Positions 38,863 through 50,453 of a stretch of DNA of 64,000 nucleotides are shown in pieces. Both the position numbers and the translations under genes were made by a program. The notes under the pieces were generated by a model that saw only the letters and a list, made by a program, of their open reading frames with translations, had not been told where the DNA came from and made no database searches. How positions within the stretch are numbered: position 1 is the first letter of the stretch; each line of letters opens with the position of its first letter. This DNA comes from an uncultured Spirochaetota bacterium (GTDB lineage: Bacteria; Spirochaetota; UBA4802; UBA5550): positions 224,001 through 288,000 of the forward strand of contig CAWHAA010000002.1 of NCBI GenBank assembly GCA_963827275.1. Reading direction: 5' to 3'.

Positions 38863-41858
38863 ATGACATCGCTGAAAAAGACGGCATTGTTCCTGGGTCT
38901 CGCATTATGCATTGCCTCTGTTTCGGGCTTAACTGCCTGCAAGAAGAGCGGCGGGAAAACCCCGATTTTTCCCATTGCTGGCAACGACACAACGCCCCCG
39001 ACCATTGCCACTACCTATCCTGACACCGGGGAAACCGATGTTCCCATAAACGACAACATAGCCGTAGAGTTCAGCGAAGACATGGACGAGACCTCGGTCA
39101 TCAGCGCCATAACGGTGACCAATGCATATGGCAACGTGGACGGCACAGTGACCTATGCCAATAAAATAGCCACGTTCAATCCGACAATTGATTTTTACGA
39201 GATCATGGATTACACCGTGACGGTCTCCATGGCCGCCCTTGATACGGCGGGCAACGCCCTCGCGGCAGATTATACATGGACCTTTACAACAGGCTACCTG
39301 GTGAATGCGGTCGATCCGACGCCCGGCGGCGACGACGGCGGCGCCATAACAGCACATGCCTATTCGCGGTCGGTCTCCCTTACCTGGTTCCTGGCGCTGG
39401 ATGATGTGACCAGGCAGGGGCGGCTCCAATACCGGGTGCTGCAATCCGATTCTGCCGACACCATGGATAGATCCGATCCGAGATAGCGACCAATATCGGT
39501 CTCGGCACGGTTGAGATAGTGGAGGACTATACCTTTAACATTGGCACCTACACCGTGACCGGCCTGGCCCCGGAAACCACGTATTTCTTCAATATCATGG
39601 TGAAGGACGCGGCAGGGAACGAGGCGGTGTACACGACGGTACAGGCCACAACCGATGCCGTCCCGGGCGACGTGACCATGACCACGGCGACGGCTGACAA
39701 TGGCAGCATAACCCTGAACTGGACGGGCCTTGGCGCGGGCAACCGCGTCGAGGTACTGTGGGATTCGTACGGGTCAACCACGGCAGCCGATGCCACGACC
39801 TTTACCGCAACGGTCGGCCTGGCGGCAAACACCGAGTACTATTTTACGCTCATCGTGCACGATGCGGACGACAACGTCTCCCCCGGCATCAGGTTCTACA
39901 TTACCACGTCGGTGGACGCGACCGTTGAAAATTATGATTTCATCTACACGCCGGCGGAGCTGAACGACGCGCGGAACAATCTTTCGTACAATTACATCCT
40001 CATGGCCAACATTGACTTGTCAAGCTACGCGGGCGGCAGCGGCTGGCAGCCTATCGGCGCGGACACCAGCGTGGGCGATGATACGTGGGACGGGACCCCG
40101 TATTCCGGCTCTTTCGACGGCAACGGCAATACCATCAGCAACCTGAAAATTTCCAGGCCGATGGAGTACTTCGTGGGGCTTTTCGGATTCGTCTCCGGCA
40201 CGGGATCGTTAAAAAGGCTCACTCTCAGCACTACCGGCGTCTCAGGGAACGGTTATGTGGGCGCCGTGGCGGGCATTTTTCAGGGGACTGCATCGCAGTG
40301 CCAGGTCACCGCGTCAGCCGCTGTAACCGGCGCTTCGAGTTACACCGGCGGATTTGCCGGCATGATCAACGTAAATGGAACGATGACCACCTGCTCATTC
40401 ATCGGTTCGGTGACCGGCAATGTATACACCGGCGGGTTCGCGGGTTTCAGTGATGGGAGCGGCACCAGGACCAATTGCGCGGCCGCGGGCGGAACTGTAT
40501 CGGGGCAATCCTCTACCGGCGGTTTTGCCGGCCGCAATGTATCACCGCTGACCAATTGCATGGCCAATCAGGCGGTGACCGGCGCCGGCAATAACACGGG
40601 CGGCTTTCTCGGCGTCAATGTCAATGCGTCTCTTACGAATTGCTACGCGCAGGGCAACGTGACGTCCACCGGCGGCTACTCCTATTACGGCGGTCTTATC
40701 GGGAGCAGCAACAACGGTGCTTCATATTCCATATCCTCCTGCTATGCCTCCGGCAATGTTACAGGCACCGGCTCGTATTTCGGCGGGCTCATAGGCAGCA
40801 ACACGGGCGGGCTGACCGGCGCGTATGCCACGGGCAGCGTGACGGTGACCGGAACGCCGCTCTCTTACACCGGCGGCCTCATCGGGTATCATGTCAGCGG
40901 TTCCCTGTGGGGCTGTCACACGTCGGGCAATGTCACCTCTTCTGCCCAGTACATAGGCGGTCTTGTGGGTTTCGTCGAAACCGGCACCCTGAACTACTGC
41001 TACTATGAAACGGGAACGGTCAACACTACGGCCAATTCATGGGTAACCGGCGGACTGGTGGGTTGGAATTGCGGCTCATTGGAGAACTGCCGTTCCACCG
41101 GCATCGTCGTGAGCGTTACCAGCACCGTCGGCGGACTGGTGGGAGTTAATGACCCACCCGCTACTATAAACCTGTGTTATGTCGAAGGAAACGTTTCCAG
41201 CTCCGCGGACTACACCGCCGGGCTGGTGGGGTCAAACAACGCCACGGTTTCACACAGTTATTTCTCCGGTACGGTAGAAGGCGCAGGCTACGTAGGCGGC
41301 CTGGCGGCAAACAATGGCGGTAGCATTCAGCTTTCATATTCAGCCGGGAGCGTGACCGGGAACAATGTGGTGGGCGGACTGATAGCCCAAAATTTTGAAA
41401 CAGTGAGCGGGTGTTATTCCACTGCAAGCGTAACAGCCACAGTGAATGCTGGCGGACTGATAGGAGTGAACACCGACGGCACATCGGTGACGGACAGCTA
41501 TGCACGGGGACCGGTCTCCCCCGTTACTGTCGGCACCGGTTTAACCTTCGGGGGTCTGGTGGGCTGCAACTGGGACGTGGTGGCGCTGACCAACTGCTAT
41601 GCCACGGGCCTGGTGACTGCCGCGACGAACGCCGGGGGGCTGGTCGGCCTGAATGATGCCGCCAGCACGGTCACGGTCACCAGCTGCTACTACGACACCC
41701 AGACAACCGGGCAGAGCGACACGGGCAAGGGAGAACCGAAAACAACGGCGGAGATGCTGCTCCAGGGCACCTATACCGGGTGGGACTTCATAACGACCCC
41801 TGTCTGGTTGATCAACAGCGGCGTGAACAACGGGTACCCCGCGCTCAGCGGGCTTTAA
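38863..41858 (+). CDS. Large surface lipoprotein with Ig-like (Big_5/SbsA), FN3 and GLUG repeats; frameshift near 39470
   Basis: Lipobox LTAC; DTTPPT..P..FSEDMD..YTWTFTT; GLAPETTYFF; many YVGGLVG/GGLIG repeats. Two ORFs (38863-39486, 39519-41858) join by one frame change. Confidence 0.85.
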
Positions 41859-41883
41859 AAGCGGCCAGGATTCCAGGTCATAC

Positions 41884-41920
41884 CGTCGCCGGACACGATG
41901 TCCGGCGGCGTAACTTTTTT
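41884..41920 (+). terminator. Terminator after the GLUG lipoprotein gene
   Basis: CGTCGCCGGACA-CGA-TGTCCGGCGGCG then TAACTTTTTT. Confidence 0.65.
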
Positions 41921-41981
41921 ACTTTACAGATTACACAATCCCTGTATACCTACCCTATTTATCAGACCACCGGAGCGCGCG

Positions 41982-43353
41982 ATGTTTAAAAAACTGAAAG
42001 AGCGGCAGGCCCACCTGCTGATACTGACCTTCCTGACCGGGCTGTTCATCGGCATCAACGTATCGTTCCTGTCATCAGCCACCGAGCCGGCTCATAAGTA
42101 CCTCGACTATTTCCACCGGGTCTACCAGCTCATCCTCACCGAGTATGTTGACGAGGCCTCCCCCAGGGAGATGTTCTACGGCGCGATCAGGGGGATGATC
42201 AATTCCCTGAATGATCCCTTCTCGCGCTTCCTTGACGAGAAGGCGTTCGAGGAGCTCAAGGAGATGACCACCGGCAAGTTCCAGGGCGTCGGCATCGAGA
42301 TCACCGTCCAGAACGGCAAGGTGGTCGTGGTGACGCCGATAGAGGACTCCCCCGCGATGAAGGCGGGGATCATCTCCGGGGACATCATCACCACTATTGA
42401 CGGGAAATCCATAAAGGGCATGAAGCTCGACAAGATCGTGAAACCTGATCCGGGGGCTCCCCCGGAGCACGGTGAAGCTCCAGGTCTCCCGCGAGGGATA
42501 CGAGGAGCCGCTCGATTTCGAGCTGGAACGGGCGCCGGTGAAGATCACGAGCGTGGAATACGAGGTCATGCAGGACACGAAGATCGGGTATTTAAAAATC
42601 AAGAACTTCGGGTCGGACACCACCAGGGACGTGACCAGGGCCCTGAAGCACTTCAACCAGAAGGGCGTTTCAAAGATCGTGATCGACGTCCGCAACAACC
42701 CGGGCGGCCTGCTCAACTCCTCCATCGAGATATCCGAGCTGCTGCTGGAGCGGGGCAAGACGATCGTGTCGACCCGCGGCAAGGAGGGGAGCGGCAGGGT
42801 GCAGTTCTTCAAATCGCAGGCCGAGCCGCTCTACCGGGGCGCGCTGATCATGCTGGTGAACAACGGCTCCGCGTCCGCGTCGGAGATCCTCGCCGGCGCG
42901 GTCCGGGACAACGGCAGGGGCAAGCTCCTGGGCGCGAAGACCTTCGGCAAGGGGTCGGTGCAGAAATCATTCAACCTCGATGACGACATCGGCGTGGCCA
43001 TCACCGTGGCCAAGTACTACACGCCCTCGGGCGAGCTGATACATAAGAAGGGGATAAAACCCGACTACGACGTGCTCCTCGAAAAGCTGTCGGAGAAGGA
43101 CATGAAGAACCTGAAGAGCGTCCGCGACAAAAAGCTTCTCGACCAGTTCGTCAAAAAAGACGCCGCGTACACGCCGGAAACGAAAGAGGCCTTCCGCCGG
43201 CACCTGTCGAAAAACGGCGTGGAGCTTGACCCGAAGACCGCGGATTACGTCCTGAAGGACTGGATCTACCGGTTCAAGAAAAAGCCCCTCTATGACCTTG
43301 AGTTCGACCGGCAGCTCACAGAGGCGGTCAGGCACATTTCTTCAAGCAAGTGA
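41982..43353 (+). CDS. ctpA: Carboxyl-terminal processing protease (S41, PDZ); frameshift near 42444
   Basis: LNDPFS, FQGVGI, PIEDSPA, IDVRNNPGG, SASASEI, TFGKGSVQ, YYTPSG. One extra base in AAACCTG splits it. Confidence 0.92.
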
Positions 43354-43527
43354 GATTCTTCCCTGGATAACACCTGCCATTGCGGGAAGCAACGCGACGA
43401 AGCACGCTGCCTGGCGATTCTGCCTGTTTCCTGAAGAGAGGGATGGCGCCCTTCAGGGGTTGCCGGCAGTATCAGTTGACCGATCGCTTCGCCGCGCTCC
43501 CGATGACGCAACACTATGGAGTAGCGC

Positions 43528-44511
43528 ATGACTATTGGACTCGGCCTTGAGAGCTCCTGCGATGAAACCGCCGCCGCGGTGGTTGAAAACGGCAGGACCG
43601 TGCTCTCCAATATCATATCAAGCCAGATCGACCTCCACCGGGAATATTACGGCGTGGTGCCGGAGATAGCGTCCCGGGCGCACCTGGAGACCATCAATAT
43701 CCTGATCGAGCGGGCCCTCCGCGGGGCCGGGAAGACCTTCGCCGACCTTGACTATGTCGCCGCCACGAGCCGGCCCGGTCTGGTGGGATCGCTCCTCATC
43801 GCGCTCCAGTCCGCCAAGGTCATCTCGTACGCGCTGAAGATCCCCCTCGTCGCGGTGAACCACCTGGAGGCGCACCTGTACGCGCCGTTCCTGGAGGGCC
43901 GCGAGCCCGCGTTCCCCTATATCGGCCTCCTGGTCTCAGGGGGCAACACCGCGCTCTACCTGGTCGGCGGCACGGGCGACATGGAAGTGATCGGGCGCAC
44001 CGTGGACGACGCCGCGGGCGAGGCCTACGACAAGATCGCGAAGTACATGGACCTGGGATACCCGGGCGGCCCGGTGATCGAGCGGCTCGCCCGCACCTCG
44101 CAGCGGAGGCCGGTCCTGTTCCCGAAAATCCTCACGGAGCCGGGGGACACGCGCTTCTCCTACAGCGGTATCAAAACCGCGGTGGTGAACCACCTCGCCG
44201 CCAATCCCGGCGCGGACCAGGCCGACGTGGTGTACAGCTTCCAGGAGCGGGTCCTGGAGATACTCGCCCGGCGGGCCTTTGCCGCGGCCCGCTCCCGGGG
44301 CATCCGCACGATCGTGGTGGCGGGGGGCGTCGCTTCCAACGGGCGGCTCCGCGAGATCCTGGCGGACGGCAGGCAGGAGGGCGAGGAGATACTCGTCCCG
44401 TCGCCCGGCCTCTGCACCGATAACGCGGCAATGGTGGCGGGGATCGGGTACCGCTACTTCGCCGCGGGCCGATTCGACGGGACGGACGTCGATGTGCGTG
44501 CCAGGGCGTAA
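43528..44511 (+). CDS. tsaD: tRNA N6-threonylcarbamoyladenosine transferase
   Basis: ESSCDET, GVVPEIASRAH, HLEAH, VSGG, DDAAGEAYDK, YPGGP, CTDNAAMV. Confidence 0.97.
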   Translation: MTIGLGLESSCDETAAAVVENGRTVLSNIISSQIDLHREYYGVVPEIASRAHLETINILIERALRGAGKTFADLDYVAATSRPGLVGSLLIALQSAKVISYALKIPLVAVNHLEAHLYAPFLEGREPAFPYIGLLVSGGNTALYLVGGTGDMEVIGRTVDDAAGEAYDKIAKYMDLGYPGGPVIERLARTSQRRPVLFPKILTEPGDTRFSYSGIKTAVVNHLAANPGADQADVVYSFQERVLEILARRAFAAARSRGIRTIVVAGGVASNGRLREILADGRQEGEEILVPSPGLCTDNAAMVAGIGYRYFAAGRFDGTDVDVRARA

Positions 44512-44517
44512 TTTTAC

Positions 44518-44546
44518 TTGATTTAATTGACCGGAGCCGGTACTAT
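44518..44546 (+). promoter_or_regulatory. Putative sigma70 promoter
   Basis: TTGATT-N17-TACTAT upstream of the gene at 44585. Confidence 0.45.
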
Positions 44547-44584
44547 TATCCGGGGTGCGCATACATCATGCACGGGTGGCAATA

Positions 44585-45337
44585 ATGACAAAGTCGGTCG
44601 AAAGTTTCAACAACCTCGTTGATTTTTCCCTGAAGATGATGGAGGACCCCGAGCTGGCGGGGGACGCAAGGGGCCAGTTCATGAGGATCCTGTGCGATTA
44701 TTTTTTCGGGGCGGAGAAAAGTGAAAACCGCAGCATCGAGCTGCTCCTGGGCGGCCTTGAGCCGCCCTCGTTCATCGGCACGGCCGGCTCGGTCTTCGAT
44801 ATCTCTATCGATGACCTGAGGGCGTACGTGCAGGGGGGCACCCTGAACGAATCGCTCTCGGGAAAGATCATGCTCTCTCCGCAATACCTCAAGGCGTTTT
44901 ACCCGCACCACGCGCCGTCGTTCAACAAGCTCCCCGAGGACGAGCGGTTCGAGCTGATGGACGCCATCAAGGAAAAAAATGAGACGATCATCTCCGCGTT
45001 CGAGAAGATGCTGACGGACCGCGACGCGGACCGGAAGAGGAAGGTCATCACGCTCGTCGCCCTGATCATGAAGAACACGCACCACCGGACGGGCACCCCG
45101 TTCAACAAGCTGACGAAGAGTGTGGAGGAGATCATACGGTCAACATTCCGCGAGACTGACGAGGTGTTCACCGCCAGCCAGAAGCAGATGGCGGACCTTA
45201 TGGATGATACGAAGATAAAGCAGATGGTGAAGACGATGTTCATGGTGAAGCAGTTCAAGGACATCACCGGCATCGCTGATATATTCAAGGAAGAGCTTGA
45301 GCGCTACCGTAAGCGGGCGGTGGTGGCGAGGGGCTGA
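44585..45337 (+). CDS. Hypothetical cytoplasmic protein
   Basis: 250-aa helical ORF with host-like codon usage; no family recognised. Confidence 0.8.
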   Translation: MTKSVESFNNLVDFSLKMMEDPELAGDARGQFMRILCDYFFGAEKSENRSIELLLGGLEPPSFIGTAGSVFDISIDDLRAYVQGGTLNESLSGKIMLSPQYLKAFYPHHAPSFNKLPEDERFELMDAIKEKNETIISAFEKMLTDRDADRKRKVITLVALIMKNTHHRTGTPFNKLTKSVEEIIRSTFRETDEVFTASQKQMADLMDDTKIKQMVKTMFMVKQFKDITGIADIFKEELERYRKRAVVARG

Positions 45338-45387
45338 CACCCTCACCGCCGTTCCCGGCATCCTGTGACGAGAGGGTCCCCCGAGCG

Positions 45388-46347
45388 ATGAATTTTATCG
45401 AGGAAAAAACCCCGAAGGGATATCTCCTGAAAATCTTCTTCGACAAGTGGCAGTTTCTCGCGTTTGACCGGCGCGGCAAGTCGATCTATGCCGACAGCGA
45501 GGGGCGAAGCCTCCTGCACACTGTGCCGGTGGTGGTGTTCATCGGGACAACGTTCGACATCAAGCGTGACTACGAGCGCAATTATATATTATTAAAGATA
45601 CGGGACGGGTCCATCCTGGTGCCTTACCGCGACCTCCGCGACAGGAAGACGAAGTATTTCTTTCTCGCGACGGACAAGGAGATGGACGCGATCCCGGCGC
45701 GGATGATGATCGTCAAGGACGTTGCGCAGATGGTGCGGGATATTGACGCCGGCGTCCAGCCCGACTACGTCGTGGTGGATGACGCGATCACCCCCAACGA
45801 CGTGATCATCATCAAAAACCGCTACAAGGTAAACGAGATCATCTACATCGAGCTGGCGAACAACCACTTTCTGGCGGAGCGCCTCCAGATACCGGACACG
45901 GACCGGGTGATGAACCTCAATATGATGTCGGGGAACCCGGTCTTCCTGACCAGGATACACCTGCGCACCATGGACCTTTCAAAGATCAACCAGCTCCTGC
46001 TCGATTTCGAGATCACGGCCCCGGACACGGAATACATCATGAGCTTCCTCCGGGAAGCGCTCGACAGCGCCGAGGGGGACCCGGCGCAGCAGAAGAACAT
46101 CCCGGTGCTCCTCGACCTGGTCAACTCCTTCAAGTTTTATCACAGCCTGCTGCAGAAGGACGAGACCCTCATAAAGCTGATGATCGACTCAACCACGGAC
46201 CTCAAGAAGCTGACGCCGTTCAGGACGCTCGTCTCCAAGGTGAAGGCGATGTTTCCCGGCGCGGAGGCGCAGAAGCTCTATACCGTGTACGAGAACATCC
46301 TTTACGACAAGCTGGAAGAGCTCAAATCCGGGATCAAGGTCATCTGA
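45388..46347 (+). CDS. Hypothetical cytoplasmic protein
   Basis: 319-aa ORF with host-like codon usage; no family recognised. Confidence 0.8.
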   Translation: MNFIEEKTPKGYLLKIFFDKWQFLAFDRRGKSIYADSEGRSLLHTVPVVVFIGTTFDIKRDYERNYILLKIRDGSILVPYRDLRDRKTKYFFLATDKEMDAIPARMMIVKDVAQMVRDIDAGVQPDYVVVDDAITPNDVIIIKNRYKVNEIIYIELANNHFLAERLQIPDTDRVMNLNMMSGNPVFLTRIHLRTMDLSKINQLLLDFEITAPDTEYIMSFLREALDSAEGDPAQQKNIPVLLDLVNSFKFYHSLLQKDETLIKLMIDSTTDLKKLTPFRTLVSKVKAMFPGAEAQKLYTVYENILYDKLEELKSGIKVI

Positions 46348-46380
46348 GGAGCGCGGAACCCGCAGCTCTCTTTTCTTAGC

Positions 46381-46403
46381 GGCCGGTACCTCCCGGCTTT
46401 TTT
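46381..46403 (+). terminator. Putative terminator
   Basis: GCCGG-TACCTC-CCGGC followed by T6. Confidence 0.5.
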
Positions 46404-46458
46404 GTTTTAACGGGTCCCCCGCCATGATCGTTATACACTGCAGGAGGAACAGGCGGCA

Positions 46459-47487
46459 ATGCGTTCCATTACAATCACGATACTCATCCTTCTCGCGGCG
46501 GCCGCGCCTGACCTTGAAGGCGCCGGGTGGTGGAAGCTCCATTTCACCGCCCCGGGCGGGTCGTCCTTTCGTTCCGGGAGGACGGGGCCCGAGGCGGGCC
46601 TGGTCGCGGTGATCGGCAACGCGCAGCGGTACATCCATGGCGCGTTTTACGAGGTCTCGTCCCGGCCGGTCGCGGAGGCGCTCATCGGTGCGCGGAAGCG
46701 CGGGGTGGAGGTGAAGCTCGTCGCCGACCGGCGGATGAAGTCCTCGGAGGAAAGGAAGAAACTCCTGGAGCGGTATGAAACGGCCGGCATCGGGGTGGCG
46801 CTGCGCGGCGGCCGCCGGAGCGGCCTCATGCACAACAAGTTCGCGGTCATCGACGGTGGCCTGGTATGGACCGGTTCCTACAACCCGAGCCGGAACGATG
46901 CCGTGAAAAACAACAATAACGCGATCGTCATCCGCTCAGATGAGCTTGCCGGGATCTACGAGGATGAGTTTTGCGAGATGTTTGACGGGGAGATATTCGG
47001 GAACCGGGGCGAGCGGGGCCCCTTCGCCGACCTGAAAAAACGCTACCATGTCAGGATCGAGGACACGGACATCAACGCCTATTTTTCCCCGGATGACGAC
47101 GTGGAGCGCATCATTCTGAAGCGCCTGCAGAACGCGAAATCATCGATACACTTCATGGCCTTTTCCTTTACCAGCGCCGGCATCGGCGAGATGATGATAC
47201 GGAAGCACAAGGAAGGGGTGACGGTGCGGGGGCTGTTCGAGCGCAAGGGCTCGAGGACGGGCCATTCCCAGTACACGAAGATGAAGGTGGAAGGGCTCCC
47301 TGTCAGGGTGGACCGCGGCCGCGGCCTGATGCACCACAAGGTGATCGTCATCGACGGTGAGCTGGTGATCATGGGATCGTACAATTTCTCGAAGAACGCG
47401 AGCCGGTCCAACGACGAGAACATCCTCATCATCGGCAGCCGGGAGATCGCGCAGGAGTTCCTGGCCGAATTCAAGCGCCTCTACTGA
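46459..47487 (+). CDS. Exported phospholipase D-family protein (two HKD motifs)
   Basis: MHNKFAVID..TGSYN and MHHKVIVID..GSYN; signal peptide. Confidence 0.92.
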   Translation: MRSITITILILLAAAAPDLEGAGWWKLHFTAPGGSSFRSGRTGPEAGLVAVIGNAQRYIHGAFYEVSSRPVAEALIGARKRGVEVKLVADRRMKSSEERKKLLERYETAGIGVALRGGRRSGLMHNKFAVIDGGLVWTGSYNPSRNDAVKNNNNAIVIRSDELAGIYEDEFCEMFDGEIFGNRGERGPFADLKKRYHVRIEDTDINAYFSPDDDVERIILKRLQNAKSSIHFMAFSFTSAGIGEMMIRKHKEGVTVRGLFERKGSRTGHSQYTKMKVEGLPVRVDRGRGLMHHKVIVIDGELVIMGSYNFSKNASRSNDENILIIGSREIAQEFLAEFKRLY

Positions 47488-49319
47488 GCGCCCTTCCGCC
47501 GGGACGGGCCGCTTCCGCCCCGGATGAAGCCACGGTAGTCCCTGAGCGCCCGGTCGCCGGGGTCGAGGTCCTGCGCGCGGTCGAGGTAATAGAGCGCCAG
47601 GCCCCTGTTCCCCATTGCATGGTACGCCGTGCCGAGCGCACGAAGGACCTCCCGGTTGCGGGGCGCGGTTTTCAGCGCGGCGGTGAGGCCGGGAAGCGAC
47701 GCGCCCGGGCCTCGCCCGGCTTCCACGACGCGGGCACACCGCAGCTTCAGATCAATCCAGTTCGGGTAGAGGTGGAGCAGCTTCAAAAGGAGTGCTTCAG
47801 CGGCTCCACGGTCGCCGGTTTTTTTATGGCACTCCAGCAGCGAGAGGTAGCTTTCCCTGTCGAAGCGGTCAAGCCGGACGAGGCGGTCCAGGCGCTCCCG
47901 CGCATGAAAATAATCACCCTCCGAAAGATATATCGACGCGCCGAACCGGAGTCCGGCAGAGGCATAGGGGGTCGCCTCGAGGTCGTCCGCGCGGCGCAGT
48001 GCCTCGGCAGCGGGGCCTGTCGAGGCGAAGACGCGGGCCGTCAATTCCCCGTGCCAGGGCGAGGCCGGGGCGGCTTTCCTGAGCTCCTCAGCCAGGGGAG
48101 CCGCCTCGTAGACAAAGCCGCGCCGTATTTTCAATAACGCCAGCTCGCGCATGGTTTCCAGGTTGCCGGGATCGGACTGCAGGGAATGCCGGAGGAGCAT
48201 GTCCCGCGACATCGCGTCGTCCGTTGCCATGGCCAGATAGAAAAGCGCCGGTGAGCGGCGGGGGTGCCCGTCCGGCACGGAGGAGAGATACCCGCCCGCC
48301 CGGCCCCCCGCGCCACGGAATCCCGCTGCATGAAACAGGTAGCCTGCCAGGTAACGGTCGTCAGGCGCGCTTTTTCCCGTGAGCCCCGCAAGCGCGGGGA
48401 AATAATCCGCCGCGATGAGTGTGCCTGCGCCGGCGTTATCGCCGCCCGCGCCGGTCATGTCCCCCGCAGCGATCCTCGTCCCGTCAGCGGCCATGATCCT
48501 CACTGAACAGCGGACCCCCTTCCCGGCGCCCCCTGCCCTGACCATGAGCCGGTGCGTGCCCTGCGGCAGCGATACCCGTATACAGTACTGGCCGTGGCTG
48601 AATTCATGCCCTGCCGGGTCGGAAAATATCCTGGCCCCGTCCAGCCACAGATCGGTGAACCCGCTTGTGCCGAGAAGAATAGTGTACTCGCCCGTGCGTG
48701 GTGCCTGGAACGAGCGGCGCAGGTAGAAGAGCGCGCTGCCTGACAGGGGGTAGAGGTCGTTGAAGTCAATGACGCCGCAGCGGTCGGGAGAAACCGGGTG
48801 CCAGCCGGTCCCGGCAGCGCTCCTGCCGCGGGGCACCCCGGGGTCTGAACCGGCCACCGGGAACAGGGCGGCCTCCGCCTCCCGCGCTTCCTCTCTGCCG
48901 AGCGGGCCGAGCGCCTGAAAATCAAGGAACGACAGCGACGCCAGGATGGCTTCGGCACCGCGGGTGTCCCCGTCCGCAAGAAGGAGTCGCGCCCGGAGAA
49001 GGTCCGCCAGGTCTCGCGCAAACGGGTCGCGCGCCGCCGGGCCCATGCTGTCGAGCGCCCGCATCGCCCTGCCGTACAGCTCCGGGTAGGCAAGGAGCTC
49101 CCCCAGCCTGAACAGGTTGGCAGTGATAACGGCGGGGTCGTCCAGCCCGGCGCTCCATGCGCGCAGGGATTCGATGGCCCCAGCGAAGTCCCCCCTCTTC
49201 CGGTGCCGGTAATAGTCCTCTTCAGGGGAACGGGCAGGCCCGCCGGCCGCCTGCGGCGGCGCGGAAGAACAGAGCGCGATGATAAGCATCGCGATGATGG
49301 TCAATGGGCGATAATTCAT
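47481..49319 (-). CDS. Exported TPR protein with central beta-sandwich (PA14-like) domain
   Basis: Signal peptide; LWLDGARI..LPQGTHRLMVR; C-terminal TPRs. Confidence 0.7.
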   Translation of the reverse strand: MNYRPLTIIAMLIIALCSSAPPQAAGGPARSPEEDYYRHRKRGDFAGAIESLRAWSAGLDDPAVITANLFRLGELLAYPELYGRAMRALDSMGPAARDPFARDLADLLRARLLLADGDTRGAEAILASLSFLDFQALGPLGREEAREAEAALFPVAGSDPGVPRGRSAAGTGWHPVSPDRCGVIDFNDLYPLSGSALFYLRRSFQAPRTGEYTILLGTSGFTDLWLDGARIFSDPAGHEFSHGQYCIRVSLPQGTHRLMVRAGGAGKGVRCSVRIMAADGTRIAAGDMTGAGGDNAGAGTLIAADYFPALAGLTGKSAPDDRYLAGYLFHAAGFRGAGGRAGGYLSSVPDGHPRRSPALFYLAMATDDAMSRDMLLRHSLQSDPGNLETMRELALLKIRRGFVYEAAPLAEELRKAAPASPWHGELTARVFASTGPAAEALRRADDLEATPYASAGLRFGASIYLSEGDYFHARERLDRLVRLDRFDRESYLSLLECHKKTGDRGAAEALLLKLLHLYPNWIDLKLRCARVVEAGRGPGASLPGLTAALKTAPRNREVLRALGTAYHAMGNRGLALYYLDRAQDLDPGDRALRDYRGFIRGGSGPSRRKGAQ

Positions 49320-49472
49320 ATTAATACTATAGAGCGGTCTGCTAATAAATATTCCGGAACGATATTAATTCAAACATATTTTTTATTTTTTCCCTTTCCC
49401 GTTCGTATATCCGGTAGCGCGGCACGCGGCATGCCCGGCGGCCGACGCGCACTACCAGGCCAGGACGGTCAT

Positions 49473-50147
49473 ATGAACGCTCAACATCTCACACCATACC
49501 AGCTCCCGGTGCAGCGGTGCCTTGCCGGCGAGGATGTACGCTCCCTGTCGGACCAGGACCTCCTTGCCGTTATCGTGGGAACCGGCACCAGGGCGGGCGA
49601 TGTGTCCTCCCTGTCGCTGGGAATGCTGATGCGCTTCGGCGGGCTGAACGGCCTCGCCGCCGCCGGCATACGGGAGCTGGCACAGAGCCGGGGCATCGGC
49701 CTCACCAAGGCGGTGAGGATCCACACCGCCTTCGAGCTGGGGCGGCGCGTAATCACCAGGCCGCCGGACCCGCTCCACCTTGATTCACCGGGCGCGGTGT
49801 GGGAACTCCTCCTGCCGCGCATGGCGGGCCTGCAGCGCGAGGAATTCCGCGTGCTTATCCTGAACAACAAGAACCGTCTCATAAAAAATTCCATGGTATC
49901 GGCGGGCACGGTGTCCGAGGCCATCGTCCACCCCCGCGAGGTGTTCAGGGACGCCATACGGGAGAGCGGCGCCGCGGTCATTATTGCCCACAACCATCCC
50001 ACCGGAGAGGCGAGCCCGTCGAGGGAAGACATCAGCACCACGGGCCGTCTGGTCGAGGCGGGCAAAATAGTGGGGATCCCGGTCCTCGACCATGTCATCA
50101 TCACGAACGCGTCCTACTACAGCTTCAAGGAGGGCGGTCATATATGA
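49473..50147 (+). CDS. radC: RadC family protein (HhH + JAB/MPN)
   Basis: LSDQDLLAVI.GTG, GIGLTKA, ELGRR, VHPREVF, AHNHPTGEASPSREDI, VLDHVI. Confidence 0.95.
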   Translation: MNAQHLTPYQLPVQRCLAGEDVRSLSDQDLLAVIVGTGTRAGDVSSLSLGMLMRFGGLNGLAAAGIRELAQSRGIGLTKAVRIHTAFELGRRVITRPPDPLHLDSPGAVWELLLPRMAGLQREEFRVLILNNKNRLIKNSMVSAGTVSEAIVHPREVFRDAIRESGAAVIIAHNHPTGEASPSREDISTTGRLVEAGKIVGIPVLDHVIITNASYYSFKEGGHI

Positions 50148-50453
50148 CTCGGGGGAAGCGGCGTTCGTTGGCAGAATGCCTACATGCATGCCGCGACACA
50201 CGTCGCAAAAAGGCATGCCCTCCATGCCGACTACATGCCGGGATAACGCCATGCCAAAATAGTATGAATGCATGATTAAGCGCAGGTATGATACAACCGG
50301 ACGTTAAAAAATGATTGCACGGGACTGAGATATCGGTACCCTTGTAAGCGGGGTGGAGGACACGGGGCAGAATGACCTGATAGTGTAACGGCAACGGGTG
50401 ATGAAAATCATGCTTCAAACAATAAAAGACTGATTAATAAATTCGAGGTGAAT

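Noticed and set aside
44585..50147. PLD, radC (JAB) and unknown genes as an anti-phage island
   Set aside because: The PLD is exported with two HKD motifs, radC is the ordinary full-length chromosomal form, and composition is host-like.
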